Source: Lama guanicoe
Lineage: Eukaryota
Length of the DNA: 64,000 nucleotides
Direction of reading: 5' to 3'
NCBI GenBank assembly: GCA_013239625.1
Contig: MU053934.1
Coordinates: 3,924,399-3,988,398, forward strand
The notes under the pieces were generated by a model that searched no databases, was not told where the DNA came from, and saw only the letters and a list, made by a program, of their open reading frames with translations. Below are positions 22,746 to 34,560 of the stretch, piece after piece (the first letter of the stretch is position 1; each line of letters starts with the position of its first letter). The translations under genes and the position numbers were made by a program.

Positions 22746-22852
22746 CTGTGGGCCAGATACGGGGCTGTCAGGGGCAGTCACTTCCCATCCCGACCAGCCC
22801 CACGGCTCCTCAGGCTCCCACCCCCACCCACCAGGCCCCCTCCGGCCCTCAC

Positions 22853-22963
22853 CTCCCCCCTGCATCATCTTGTAGAATTTGCTCTCGATGTGCAGCTGGG
22901 GGTGCTTCGTTTTCACACACTCAAGCTTGATGGCAACTTCTTCACCAGAGGCGATGTTGGCAC
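22853..22963 (-). CDS. CSNK1E: CK1-epsilon exon 3 ([36 protein letters not shown])
   Basis: 111 nt, contains the VAIK lysine. Confidence 0.98.
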
Positions 22964-23559
22964 CTGCCAGGGACAAGAGACCAGGGTCACACTCCGCTGG
23001 CCGGGCAGCCCTAGACCAGGACCAACTCAGTGTCTGCCCCTACGCAGCTCAGTGCCCCTTGAGGGAGGCTGGAAAAGCAGCAGAGGGCCCAGCACCATAT
23101 CCAAGGGAAGCAGAGGGAACTGTGGACATAGAGTGGGCACCTGACCAGCTCAGGGAGAAGCTAAGCTGCAGCAGGGGAAGGAATGAGGGGTATGGCCCAT
23201 TCAGAGAATCAGAAGCTGGGGCAGCAGGAAGGCTGAGTGTGAAGGGATCAGGGCAGGCCAAAAAAGGCTCACACACCAGGAAGGGGAACCTTATCCTGGA
23301 GACTGGGAGCCACTGAGGACTTCTAAGCTGGAAAGAGGTGAGGTCAGTGGTGTACGGGGCTGAGGAGGAGAGAAGGGATGGGGCAAGGCTGTCTCAAGAA
23401 GTTACAAAAAAAGACCCAAATCCAAGCTGCACCCAGCCTGTTTCCCCAGCTACAGCCACAGGTAGGCTGAATTGGAGGCTAGGCTGAGACGGTGTCTCCT
23501 CGGGGCCAAGCGGGACTACAGCTGCAGTAACTAAACAGTGTCGTCTTAGGCCACAGACA

Positions 23560-24440
23560 GCACAGGAAGTCTGCAGAAGGATACAACCCCTGGAAGACTG
23601 AGAACAGGTTAAAGTGGGCACCTTAAATCAGGGGACAAGATGGGACTGTGCAACAAACATCCCTGGAGCAACTGGCAAGGCATTTGAGAAAAGACACCGC
23701 AGCTCACACCATGCACCAGGAGGAGCCCCAAGTGGAGCAAAAGATCGAAAAGGGAAAAAGGTGGGGTGTAAGTTGGGCCAACCACTTTGGAAACCAGGTT
23801 GGTGTTTATCTGGTAAAGCTGAACACACACAAACCTCCGACCAAGCCAGGCTACCCCCAAGTGTACGCCCTTCAGAAACGTGAGCACCAGAAGGCCACAC
23901 CATCTATGACCAGAAAGTCCAGCACCAGAAGGATGGCCACCGGTGGTGCAGGCACCCAGAGGTCCCCAGGCGGTGGGAAGGGATGCGAGACGGCTGCAGG
24001 CTGCAGCGAATGGCTCCTGGCATCCAAACCCTGAGCACAGAGAGCAAGGAGCGGCACCACTCCCAAGAGCCAGAAGGTGGAGACAACCCCAACACCCATC
24101 AAGGGAGGTGGGGATAACCACCGTCTGTCCCTGCAGTGGAGTGTTACTCAGCTCCAAAAAGTTACAGGGCACTGACACAAGCTGTGACATGATGAACCCG
24201 AAAACACTGCTCGGCGAATAAGCCACACGCAAAAGGCAAACACTGTACGATTCACTACATGAAATGTCCAGAATATGTGAGTCCGTAGAGACAGAAAGCA
24301 GATGGGCTTTGGGGAGCGGGGAACACGACATACAGATGTTCTTCTGGGTGATGAAAATGTTTTGGAACAAGACAGGGATGGTGGCTGTACTACACTGTGA
24401 CTGTACTAAATGCCACTGAATTGTGTACTTTTTAAATAGT
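23560..24440 (+). mobile_element. Old L1 (L1M-type) 3' fragment
   Basis: L1 3'UTR motifs tgtacgattcactacatgaaatgtccagaata and ggtgatgaaaatgttttggaac...gtactaaatgccactgaattgt. Confidence 0.7.
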
Positions 24441-24445
24441 TAACT

Positions 24446-24605
24446 TTTAAAAAATTGAAGTATAGTCAATTTACAATGCTGTGTTAGTTTCTGGTGTACA
24501 GCACAGCGATTCAGTTACATAAACATTTCTTTTTATATTCTTATTCATTACAGTTATCACAAGATACTGAATGTAGTTCCCTGTACTATACAGTAGGAGC
24601 TTGTT
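24446..24605 (-). mobile_element. Artiodactyl-type L1 3' end fragment
   Basis: aattgaagtatagtcaatttacaatgctgtgttagtttctggtgtacagc...gttccctgtactatacagtagg is a reverse-complement relative of the L1 tails at 41.4 and 42.7 kb. Confidence 0.75.
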
Positions 24606-24918
24606 AAAACGGTTTATTTTGTTATGTGAATTTCACCTTATTTTAAGAAAAAAAAAAGAGGAAGGGGCAGAAGGCTGCAAGCACAGTTCTCTTTGTCTCA
24701 AACACACAATACTGAAATATATACAGTTTAGGGATATAAACATGGGATAAAACTTTTTAACAGAACAGAATAACTTAAAACAGTGATCACACCTCCATGT
24801 GGGGGAAGCAGAGGACAGGATGGGGACCAGGAGCCCTGAAAGTGACAGGCATGTCCTCCTCCAACTGGGTGGTGGGGAGGGCGCCTTATACCATACACAT
24901 GTTTTATATATATTCTTT

Positions 24919-25030
24919 GGGGTGGGGGGTAATTAGGTTTATTTATTTTTAGAGGAGTTACTGGGGATTGAATCCAGGTCCTTGTGCGTGCTAAGAATGC
25001 GCTCTACCACTTGAGCTATACCCTCCCCCC
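24919..25030 (-). mobile_element. tRNA-derived SINE, camelid Vic-1-like, with TSD
   Basis: Same head as the other copies; flanked by tatatattcttt (24907-24918) and tatgtattcttt (25033-25044). Confidence 0.85.
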
Positions 25031-25079
25031 TGTATGTATTCTTTTGTATCTATTCAACATTTAATTTAAAAAAATAAAA

Positions 25080-26280
25080 CAATGAGATGTTAGGAGCATT
25101 GCCTTTTAATTTTGGGGAAAGCAAGGCTTTTTATCCCTGACTTAAAATCCAGAAGCCATTAAAGGAAAAGAAAAAAAAAAAAAAAGACTCCTCCTCCAAA
25201 GGAGAAATCCCTTCTCCCTGGCAAAGACACCAGAAAAAGTCCTAAGAAACAGTACATACTCGTAACTTATCAGTGGCAAAGAGCCAATATTGCTAATAAA
25301 TAATGAGCTCCTTCAAATCAGGAAAAAGACTGACGACTCCATAGGAAGTAGGGGAAAGGATTCAAATAGCCACTTCACAGAGCAATCAGTATAAAAATGG
25401 CTCACTCATATGAAAAGAAACTCAACCTCCTGGTAAGAAAACACAAGTTGACACTACCCATTTTCCCGTAAGCCAGCATGCCCCCTGTGGGCAGGGTGTG
25501 GGCAGTGGGCACGCCTCCCCAGAGTGTGAACTGGGAAAGGCCAGCTGCAGGGCCGCTGGGCTCCCTCCACTTCCCACTTTGGAGAGTTTACTCGACACTC
25601 CCGCACAGTGCAAAACAAGGTCTGGACGAGGCGGTCCGCTGCAGGCTCTTTGCAACAGTAAAAGCTTGGAAACAACCCAAATGTCCAGCAGTGGGGACTG
25701 GTTAAATAAAGAATGGCCCATCCATAAAACGGAACACAATGGAGAAAGAATGAGGAAGCTCTCTCTGTGCAGAAGTGGAAAGATCTCAAAGATACAGGAA
25801 GTGAAAAAGCAAAGTACAGAACAGTATGTATTCTATGTGCTCCTTTCAGTGTTAAAAAAAATAAAGTGGGGAAACAATATGTATCTGTGTTTGGTTGTAG
25901 CTACGAAAAGAAACATGAGAAACCAGTAAAGACAGGGTAGGGCTGGATCAGAATGGGAGGGGATAAAGACATTTCACTGATACCATGTTATGTGTCATTT
26001 TTTTCAACACTTTTGTTGCAACATAATTCACACACTACATAATTACTCATTAAAAGTGTACAATTCAGTGCAGTTCACAAGCTCATGCAACCAACACCAC
26101 AATCAATTTTAGAACATTTTCACCAACCCCCAAACCCCTGCACCCCTTAGTAGTCACTCCCCACCTCCCTGCAACCCCCCAGGTATAAACAACCACTAAT
26201 CTACTTTCGGGCTCTATGGATGTGCCGACTCTGGACATTTCATATAAATGGATTCTGCTTTCAACTTAGCATGTTTTTTG
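25080..26280. mobile_element. Cluster of old L1 fragments in both orientations
   Basis: ttggaaacaacccaaatgtccagca (+) and catacaattactcattaaaagtgtacaattcagtg-like ...ctctggacatttcatataaatgga (-). Confidence 0.65.
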
Positions 26281-26749
26281 TTTTGGTTTTGTGTGCTTTC
26301 ATTTCTGAGCCACATAAAATTTAAAAAAATATTAAAAACAAGATTCCTAAATCCAGTAAGCAATGGGACAGGAAATGCTTTGCAAACTGTAAAGTGCTTT
26401 TGACACATCAACACTCGATCACTAAGGAGAGCCTTGTATGTTTCTGGGGGACAGTGAGGATGTAGAGAGGTGGGGGGCTAGGGCTCACTGCAGTCCGCTG
26501 GCCATGCAGCAGGAGGAAAGGCCACAAGAGCTTCTGCTGTGTGAGCAGGACCGTGCCAGACAGTGGTCATAGCATGTGCAAAGGCCCAGCAGCAGTGGGG
26601 TGCAGTGAACTCTGGGTGGTCTGATGCAGCTGGAGCTCAAGATGGCTGAAGACCATGGAAGAGGTGAGCAAAGGAGAGATGGGAAGGGTCTCATGTGCTG
26701 AGCTAAGATCCCGACCATCAGCCCGAGACTCCACAGGCCAGGCGTCGAT

Positions 26750-26970
26750 TCCTTATTACCAGGCACTGCTGACATCTGGGCCTGATGCCTCTTTGTTGTC
26801 GGATATTCTTTGCATGCTGCGGTGTTCACCAGCATCCCTAATTTCACTCATAAGCTGCCAGTACTACCCACCACCTCCACCCCTGAAACAACCAAAAATG
26901 TCTCCAGACCTTGCCAAATGTCCCTTGTGGGACAAAATCCAGCCCCCTTCCTCTTGTTGAGACCCACTGG
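26750..26970. mobile_element. MER20-like hAT DNA transposon
   Basis: caaccaaaaatgtctccagaccttgccaaatgtcccttgtgggacaaaatc...ttgagacccactg. Confidence 0.75.
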
Positions 26971-29900
26971 TGTATTAGAAAGGACTGGAGAGCACTTGAG
27001 GGGGAGAGGAGACCCAGAAGGAGGCTGCTGCAATTGTCCAGATCGGAGCTCGTGGTGGCCCCACCCAGGCAGGGGGCTGAGACCAAGTGACACTTTAGAC
27101 ACAGGGCCCTCAGCACGTATGATTCAGCAGATTGTGCACAGAGGAGAGGTGCCAAGGAGAACCTTCCTCCCTGAAGGAAGGTGGAGGGTAGAAGGAGCCC
27201 TATGGCCCCCTGATCTCTTACCCTATCCTGCAAATACTACTGTTTGTATCTCTGTTCGACACATGTGGAAACTGAGACACCAAAGGTCAATGACTAAATG
27301 CCACACAACTTTCCTGCAAAAGGGACCTAAGCTGTTAGGCAAAGGCTTCTGACTCCCACCGAGTACTGGAAAGCTGTCACAGTTGCCTCCCCTGAGGTCC
27401 CACCACCACCAGATCCCTTCCCTGCTTCTGAACTCTACCAAGAAGCTGCTAGTCTTTTCTCTCTCCTTTTAATTCTCACAACTACTGACCCAAGGCTCAG
27501 AGAGGTTAAGTAACTGGTCTAAGGCCACACAGAATTGGCTGGGACAGAGCCAGGAATTGAAGATTGAAGCCCGAGAGACCCTGCTTTCTCCTCTGTTCCA
27601 ATTCCCTAGCATATCATTCATTCGATCAACAAACCCAGACTGAACCCTGGGCCAGCTGAGGCAGCCCTGCCCTGGAGGAGCTCAGCTCATTTTCCGAGGG
27701 AACAACAAAGGATAACTGACTAAGGACCAGGGTGAAGTGGCAGAGGGGGCCCATCAGTTAGATAGAGCAGCCCTGTGCAGGCATAAGTCAGTCTGGAAAA
27801 ACAGACTTGGACACTGAGAAGGGCTTGGACCTGGCCACCCCTAGAAGGCCTGAGACCTCAGCAAGCTCTAGGTGGGGAGCGGGACAACCAACCTCCCCTA
27901 GAGCTCACTCGGACACTCACAGACACACGGGGACACTCAGGGACCTGGCTGGACTGAAGGCGAGGATGAAGTACCCCTACAATCACTGGCTGGGAACCAC
28001 TGTCCCCTCCCCATTTAGAACGGAGGACCAGAGACTAAGAGGTCTAGAAAGTCCCCAAGGGCACACGGCTAGTGGTTGGCAGAGTGGGCAGCACAGGCTT
28101 GACCACCTCTGGACCCCAAGCAGCCAAGCTGAGGCCCGAACAAAGCTGGGCCCCCTCTCCTGCTGGCCACTTTACGATGCTGAGAGGAGGAAGAGGAGGT
28201 GCCGGAAGGGGAGCTGTGGGCCTTGCAGCCACATCCACAAATGTGCTCGCCCACAGTCGATCCTGGAAAGCAGGGCCTGGAGGCCGCGCCCAGCCCCACC
28301 TGCAGAGGCCATCTGGAGTCAGGCCCTGGCACTGGCACCAGCAACAAGAATGTGGCCAGAGCTTCGAACAAAAGGAGCCAGCGAGGCCAGCTGGAGTGGC
28401 CCTACAATCACCACCGTCCCCACACCAGCGAGAGGGGCCCAGGAAGGAGCCAGGAGGACACTGCATCAGGACAGAGCCCCTGAGCTCTGTGCAGCCAGGG
28501 AGGGCTGGACATTCAGGGAGAACTGGCTCCCTGCCCCGATTCAGGCGGAGAGTTGGGGGGACACAACATAGAAGCACCCCTGCTGGGCCAAGCACGTGGA
28601 GTCTTTGCATGATGAGGATCTCATTACTTCTCTCACCACAGTGGAGGCCTCATGACCCCATTTTACAGACAGGAAGCCAAGACTAGCAGAGGTCATCGCT
28701 TGCTTAAGAGCATACAGCGAGGAAAAGAAATGCCAGCACCCAAACCCTGGCAGAATTTACTCCGAAGCCTTACGAAGAGGAGTAAACCTGGACCTCGGTT
28801 TGAAAATGAACTAGGTTAACTACTAGATAAACAGGAAGTGCTGCCCCCAGGGAGGGCCCACCACAGGGACCAGGGACACTGGCTTTCTGAATGATCTTGG
28901 GTTCCCCCTCCACCTCTGGGCCTCAGTTTCCCTTCTGCAAAGGGAGGGCCTGGGACCGGGTGCTATCCAGGAACAGGATGCATCTGTCCAAAGCTGCCTC
29001 TCCATGCCCTCTGCCCTCAAGCCAGTGGCTCTAGGCTTCAGCCCAGAGCCCAAAGCCTCCATCAGAGGCTCCTTTACACCCACCCCCATTTCACAAACAG
29101 CAAGGAGACGGGTACCCCATTCACAGGTGAGAATGCTGAGGGCTCAGAGAAAGTGACTTACCCCAGGTCACACAGCACATGAGAAGTACACCGGGGACCT
29201 GAACTTGCCCCCAGATCCTAACCTATCCTGCCATACGTGAGGCCACTTCACAAGCCTCTGCATGAGACAGCCCCCATTTCCTCCTTCGTCCATTTGCAAG
29301 GCATTCACCGAACACCCACGTGCTGGGCGGTGGGACAAGAGGGACACAGCCTAATACTTGCCTCCCCTGGAGGAGCTCGGGGTCACAGAGGAAACCTTTC
29401 AAATAACTCCAGCCTGCACTGTTCCTTCCTTCTGTCCTCAGCTGTGTTTCCAGAGGGTGATCTACTAGGTACCTTACAATGACCTGCACATCCAGCTGGC
29501 ACTTTACAGTTTACAAGATGCTTTTCCATGTGCCATTTCACTCATGTCTCATGACAGCCCTTGGTCAGCCATGCATCTGCATCACACAAACTTCACAGAC
29601 CACACAAAGCCAGGTCTGATGTCTCCCTCCCACGTTCCGTCTTGTACACACTCTCAGTCTTGGGGAGGGCTGTGGGTATAAAGAACGTACAGAAAACTAG
29701 TTTTCAGGAGTAGCCTCGGGTGGCCAGCTCAAGCTGCTGCACTTGTCTCTTGATGTGTGAAGGGGGGACAGCTCAGAGTATCTCTAGAGGCTGTTGTAAG
29801 GGGAGACCACATACAAGTACCGTCCAGAGAATGTGTGCATCTCGGTCTCTGTCCCCTCTGATGGGGAACGAGGCAGCTCACTGAGAAGATTTCAACCCCA

Positions 29901-30829
29901 AGTAGGCAGAGACCCAGACCACTGGGTAAGAGAAACCTCCCAAGTTTTGAATCAATGAGCAAGGCACATTGACCTGTCAGTTTCCTCTACCCAAGACAGA
30001 ATTGACTTATTGTTCTTTTCTGAGGGAAAACAGAAGCACAGATGCTTCCCAGGGCACAGGGACAGAAATGGGGATAAATCCCAGTGGCTGGCCAACTTGC
30101 CCTAACAACTCTGATTTGTGATTACCAACACAACCTCTTCCCTCCAGACCAACAACTGCAAAGGAAGGGCTGTGACCCCTGACCGTGCCGTGCCCACTTA
30201 GGGTAGCTGAGAAAGTGGCATTCTCCCAGGTTGAGGACAGGGGTGAGATGTCACTGACTTGTTTAAAACAACAACATGCGAGCAAGCTCAGATTTTTAAC
30301 AGGAAGCACACCAGGGGAGAGAGATCCTAAAAGCTAAGACCGCCCTGCCGCCCCCACCTGGAGGTTATGGGGGAGCCTGCGTCATTCCAAAGCCTTCCCG
30401 GGCCGAATTCCAGGAGGCCAGACCACAGGGAAGGAGCTTAGCTGGGAGCAAGCGGCAGCCCAGGCCTCTTCTGTCCACCAGCATCCTTCTCCCAGGAGAT
30501 AAAGAGACAGGGGTGCTAATCCAGCCTGTGCTTTCCCACGCCCAGCTGGAGACCCAGGTCAGCTGCAGCTGGAAACCAGAGTTAAAAATACCCTCCTCTG
30601 CCCAGGCTGCAGCAGGAACCCCACCCTGCCCCAACTGTGTGAGGATCCCCTCAGCCTGCTTCACCCGCAGCCTGCTGCTTCCCTCCCCACCTGGGGCGAC
30701 CAAAACATGCCACCAGAGCCAAGTTCTGCCTTCTTTCCTCCTAGCACGAAGCCCTGGCATCTCTCCTCCCAGTCCCCAGGGCTGCCCCAGGGGCTCCAGA
30801 ACCACTGAGCTAGAGCCAGGAACACTCAC

Positions 30830-30905
30830 CTAAGTAGATATCTCCGAAGGACCCGCTCCCGATCTTCCGGCCCAGGCGGTACTTGTTTCCCACGCGAAGC
30901 TCCAT
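30830..30905 (-). CDS. CSNK1E: CK1-epsilon exon 2 coding part ([25 protein letters not shown]); the exon starts at 30917
   Basis: ctgcag|CGAGAGTGAACCATGGAG gives a good Kozak start; Gly-rich loop GSGSFG; donor TAG|GTGAGT. Coding exons sum to 76+111+149+229+171+149+193+140+33 = 1251 nt = 416 aa + stop. Confidence 0.98.
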
Positions 30906-33900
30906 GGTTCACTCTCGCTGCAGAAGGAAGAAGAAACACGGGGTCAGAGAGGCGGGGAGCTGGGAGCTGGCCCAGTCCCTGGACCCCACCCCTCCCCCAC
31001 TAAAGGCCAGGCAAAGCCACAAGGAACTGGAGACACCAACATTCTCCCTCACACTGTCCAGGAAGGGATTTGGCTTCACTTCACCTGAGGGCAAACAGGT
31101 GTCAGGTAGCATAATGGCCTCCACCTGTGGGAAATAGCTGGGACAAGCTTAGAACAGTCAGTGCGGCCAGGTAGAAGGGAAGACCGGGGCCAGGAGGAAA
31201 GAGTGAAGCAAGCATCTCCTTGGGGGACACTCATTCGGGGACCCTCCAATAGGAGCCTCTCAGGGGCAAGCCAGTCACAATGGGTCAAGACTCTGAAAGG
31301 AAAATCAAGGACAAAGTGGATGATGGGGAGGGGGGCATGCAGGAGCTGATCAGCCTAGGTGCTGCCATGGCAACCAACCGGCTTCGGGGATAGGAGGACA
31401 GATTGACCACAAGGTGCCCAAAGGAGTTCCTCAGCCCCATTAGGACTCAGAAATGACAGGGTCCCCATGTCCCCATCCCCATCCCAGGCTTCTAGCACCA
31501 AAAATTGGAAGCCAGGTCTCCACAGCCTTTGCCGGTTTGCAGTGTGCCCTGCAACTCAGGGGGAGGGCAGGAAAGGGGCCCCCAGAACATCCACCTCCCA
31601 GTCCTCTCCCTCTCTCAACCTCACACCAAGAACCTCACACAGGCCTTTCTGCACATAGTTCTTTGGATGGACAGTTTGGCTTCCTTTAAGACTAGGAAGG
31701 TCTCTTAAGAGGGCCCTGCAGAGCAACTGAGGGGACTAAAGCCAGGTTTTGAGCCACCAGCTTCTGTGGGGTGGGAGGAAGTCTGGGAGAAAAGTGCTGA
31801 TCTGAGCACTTCCTGGCTCACTGTGCCCCACCCTGGGTATCCAAGCTCACAGAACACCAGGGACCACCCTGGTAGGGACCCCTCTGCAAAGGTCTGGGCG
31901 CTCTGAGGTTCTGGCCAGTAGAGGAGGAAACTCAAAGGCCTTTTCTGCTTCGGGGGATGGGGAGAGTTGGCCTATGAATAAGGAGAGCAGTGAGGAATCC
32001 CTAAGATCTCAAAGTGTCTACAAGAGGGCCAGTGTAGGAAACTCAGGAGGGGCAGCCCCTTGCAGACAGGGAACTCAGGCCCAGGGAGGCCCCACTACCT
32101 GCCCTGCACCCCACCAGCGGCAAGTTAGCAGCAGAGTTTCCTCCCCTAGGACCCAGACAGGGTTCCTGCTGCCCTACCTGGCAGCCTCCCACCCTCTCAA
32201 ACAGGACTTATTTCATTCCAGGGCCAGGAGGCAAAACTGGAAGATGGAAGAGCAACAGTGCAAGGCATAGAGGCTCTGCCCCTTCCCCATGCTAAGCACT
32301 ACCCACCAAGAGCCAGACCCACCTGGGAGGGGAGGTAGGAGAGATTTACTCCACAGATGGTCAGGCTGGAGCTCTCCACCCCAGCGGAGGCAAGGAGCCA
32401 ACAGCTCCTGCCCAAGAGAGACGTCCAGCCCCAGCACCTAGTTCCCAGGGAGCCAACACTAGCCCTTCAGCCATGGTCACAAGGAAGGAGCGTCCACCCC
32501 ATGCTGGCTGAACTCCAGGCTCTCTACCAAGGGCCTTTGCCCACACGCCTGGCCAGTCCCAGCTGAGGTGCCACGGCTGCCAGCAGAACGCATTCCACAT
32601 TTGCGGGAAACTCACATGCCACACACCTCACATACACACTGTCCTGCGTGTCCACTCCAAAGCAAGCAAGAAACGCAGACAGACACCGTCAGCCCCGCTG
32701 CGGGGAGGGGGCGGGTGTGTACACACACAAACACCCCCCCCCAGTCCGTTTTCCGCCAACGCCAATTCAGAGACCACACATGGCAGCCGGGAAAGCCGCA
32801 GGTTAGGAAAGGAACATAAATATACCCGCATCCTATATTACATAAATACCCACGCCGGGTTATATAAATACCCATGCCCTCCGTCTGGGTGTCTTACATA
32901 AATACACTGCACATGACCCCCCAGCCCCTCCCCACTCACCGGGCTGTCGGCAGAGAAGGGGAGAAGAGAGGGTGCAATCAGCCCTGCAGGCAACCACGAC
33001 TGCTCTGTGCTAGCCACCCAGACTGCCAGCACCTCTCCTACACCCCAGGGATGGGGGGGAGGACAGGGCCCCAAGGAGAGCCTAGATTGTCCCACCACTG
33101 CCCCTCAAAGAGCCTCCCAGAGAGGAGAAAGGATTGAGTCAGGAATGGGAGAGGCTTTCCAGTTCTTTGCTGCTTCTCTTTGGGGTGGGCAGCGGGGGGT
33201 ACTGGAATTAAAAAAAAAAAAAGGCGGACATGAAGATTCCAGAGTTTCAACTGGTTAAAAAAAAATTAGACAAACTACCAAGCAGAACGGCACATGGGCA
33301 GTTTTCTTACTCCCTGCCCACCCCCTTCCCCAGCAAACGCCCTTGTCCCTGGACCATTAAAATAAAAATTGGAGGGACATCCTAGACACCAAGGCAAAAA
33401 AGCCCCAAACACAGGCATTTATTGGGCACAACTTAAGACATTCAGGATCCCCTTCGCCTGTTCCCAAATCCTTCTCTCTCACAAAGGGTGACCCCAGAAG
33501 ATAATGCGTAAGAAAACTAAGGGGAAAGTTGGGGAGGGGGCTCACCCCACTTTGAGTTTGGGTGTGAAGAGGAGCTTGGGAATCCTCTCTCTAAAGACAC
33601 CCAGGCACAAACATAGTTTTATCTTTCAGAGACTTGCAAAACATGGATTTCTCACACGTAGAAACGGGAGAATCCAATCTGATAAATAACCCCCACCCCT
33701 TTCTCTCTCTCCACAAAGGAAAACAGAATCGGTGACTGGGTGACCACACACCCCATCACCCCAAGGGCTCCCAAGCGCCCCCATCCAACAAGCGTGAGCA
33801 GCCTTGCTGACCCCCAGATCTGGAGCACCCGAGCCAGAAGCGAAGGGGTGGGGGTCACTGCTGACGGTCTGGTGAAGCACACAGAAAGAAGCCCAGGGTC

Positions 33901-34304
33901 TGGCCGAGAATCCCGAATCAACAGTATCCGGTGCCCCCAGCACCCCAGTCTGGGACCCCCACCCTCGGCGTCCCCAAATCACAGTCCAGGGTGTCCGCCT
34001 CGGCCGGCTGGGGCTTTGAAGGGTCCAGGTGGGGGAGGGGAAGGCGGGCCGGACTAGGGGGGCCTCTCCCCAGCAAGCCTGCAAAATAATAGTCACCCTC
34101 CTCCTCCTCCACGTCCCCAGCCGCGCCTTTGTCCTCGCCGGGCCGAGCGGGCGGCGCCCGGGCTGCCCCCCCATACCGAGTGCGAACGCGCGTGTGTCCG
34201 CCCTCCCCTCCCCTCCCTCTCGCGCAAAAACAAAGAGGCGGAGGGAGCCCCGTTTCCCCCCGGGTTTGCGCCCCTCCGCGGGCCCGCGGCCCCTCAATAT
34301 TTAC

Positions 34305-34560
34305 CCCGCCGGGAAGGCGCCGGTGCCGGGCCGCTGCTCGGGGGGCTGCCGCGAGCTGGGACGGCCCGCCGGGGCGGATGCCGGAGGATTCGCAGAGCCG
34401 CCCGGCGCGCCAGCCTCTCCCGGCCCAGCCGCCGCCGCCGCTGCCGCCGCGCTCCGCTCCGCTCGGCCCTGGCTGGGCTCAAGCACTGGGCTCTCGCTGC
34501 CGCTGCCGCCGCCGCCGCCGCCGCCTCCCTTCTCCCGGCGCTCCTGCCTGCCCGCCCCCG
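34305..34560 (-). other. CSNK1E: CSNK1E non-coding exon 1 with CGG-type repeats
   Basis: Donor GGCGGG|GTAAAT at 34305/34304 inside the CpG island. TSS approximate. Confidence 0.7.
34428..34525. repeat. Two (GCC/CGG)n tracts: (GCC)4GCT(GCC)2 at 34428-34448 and (GCC)7 at 34505-34525
   Basis: Directly visible. Confidence 0.9.

Noticed and set aside
23609..24370. 253-aa minus-strand ORF
   Set aside because: Lies antisense within a decayed L1 fragment.
27807..28686. Overlapping 188-254 aa ORFs in intron 2
   Set aside because: GC-rich intron with MIR fragments; several frames open at once; no recognisable domain or exon structure.
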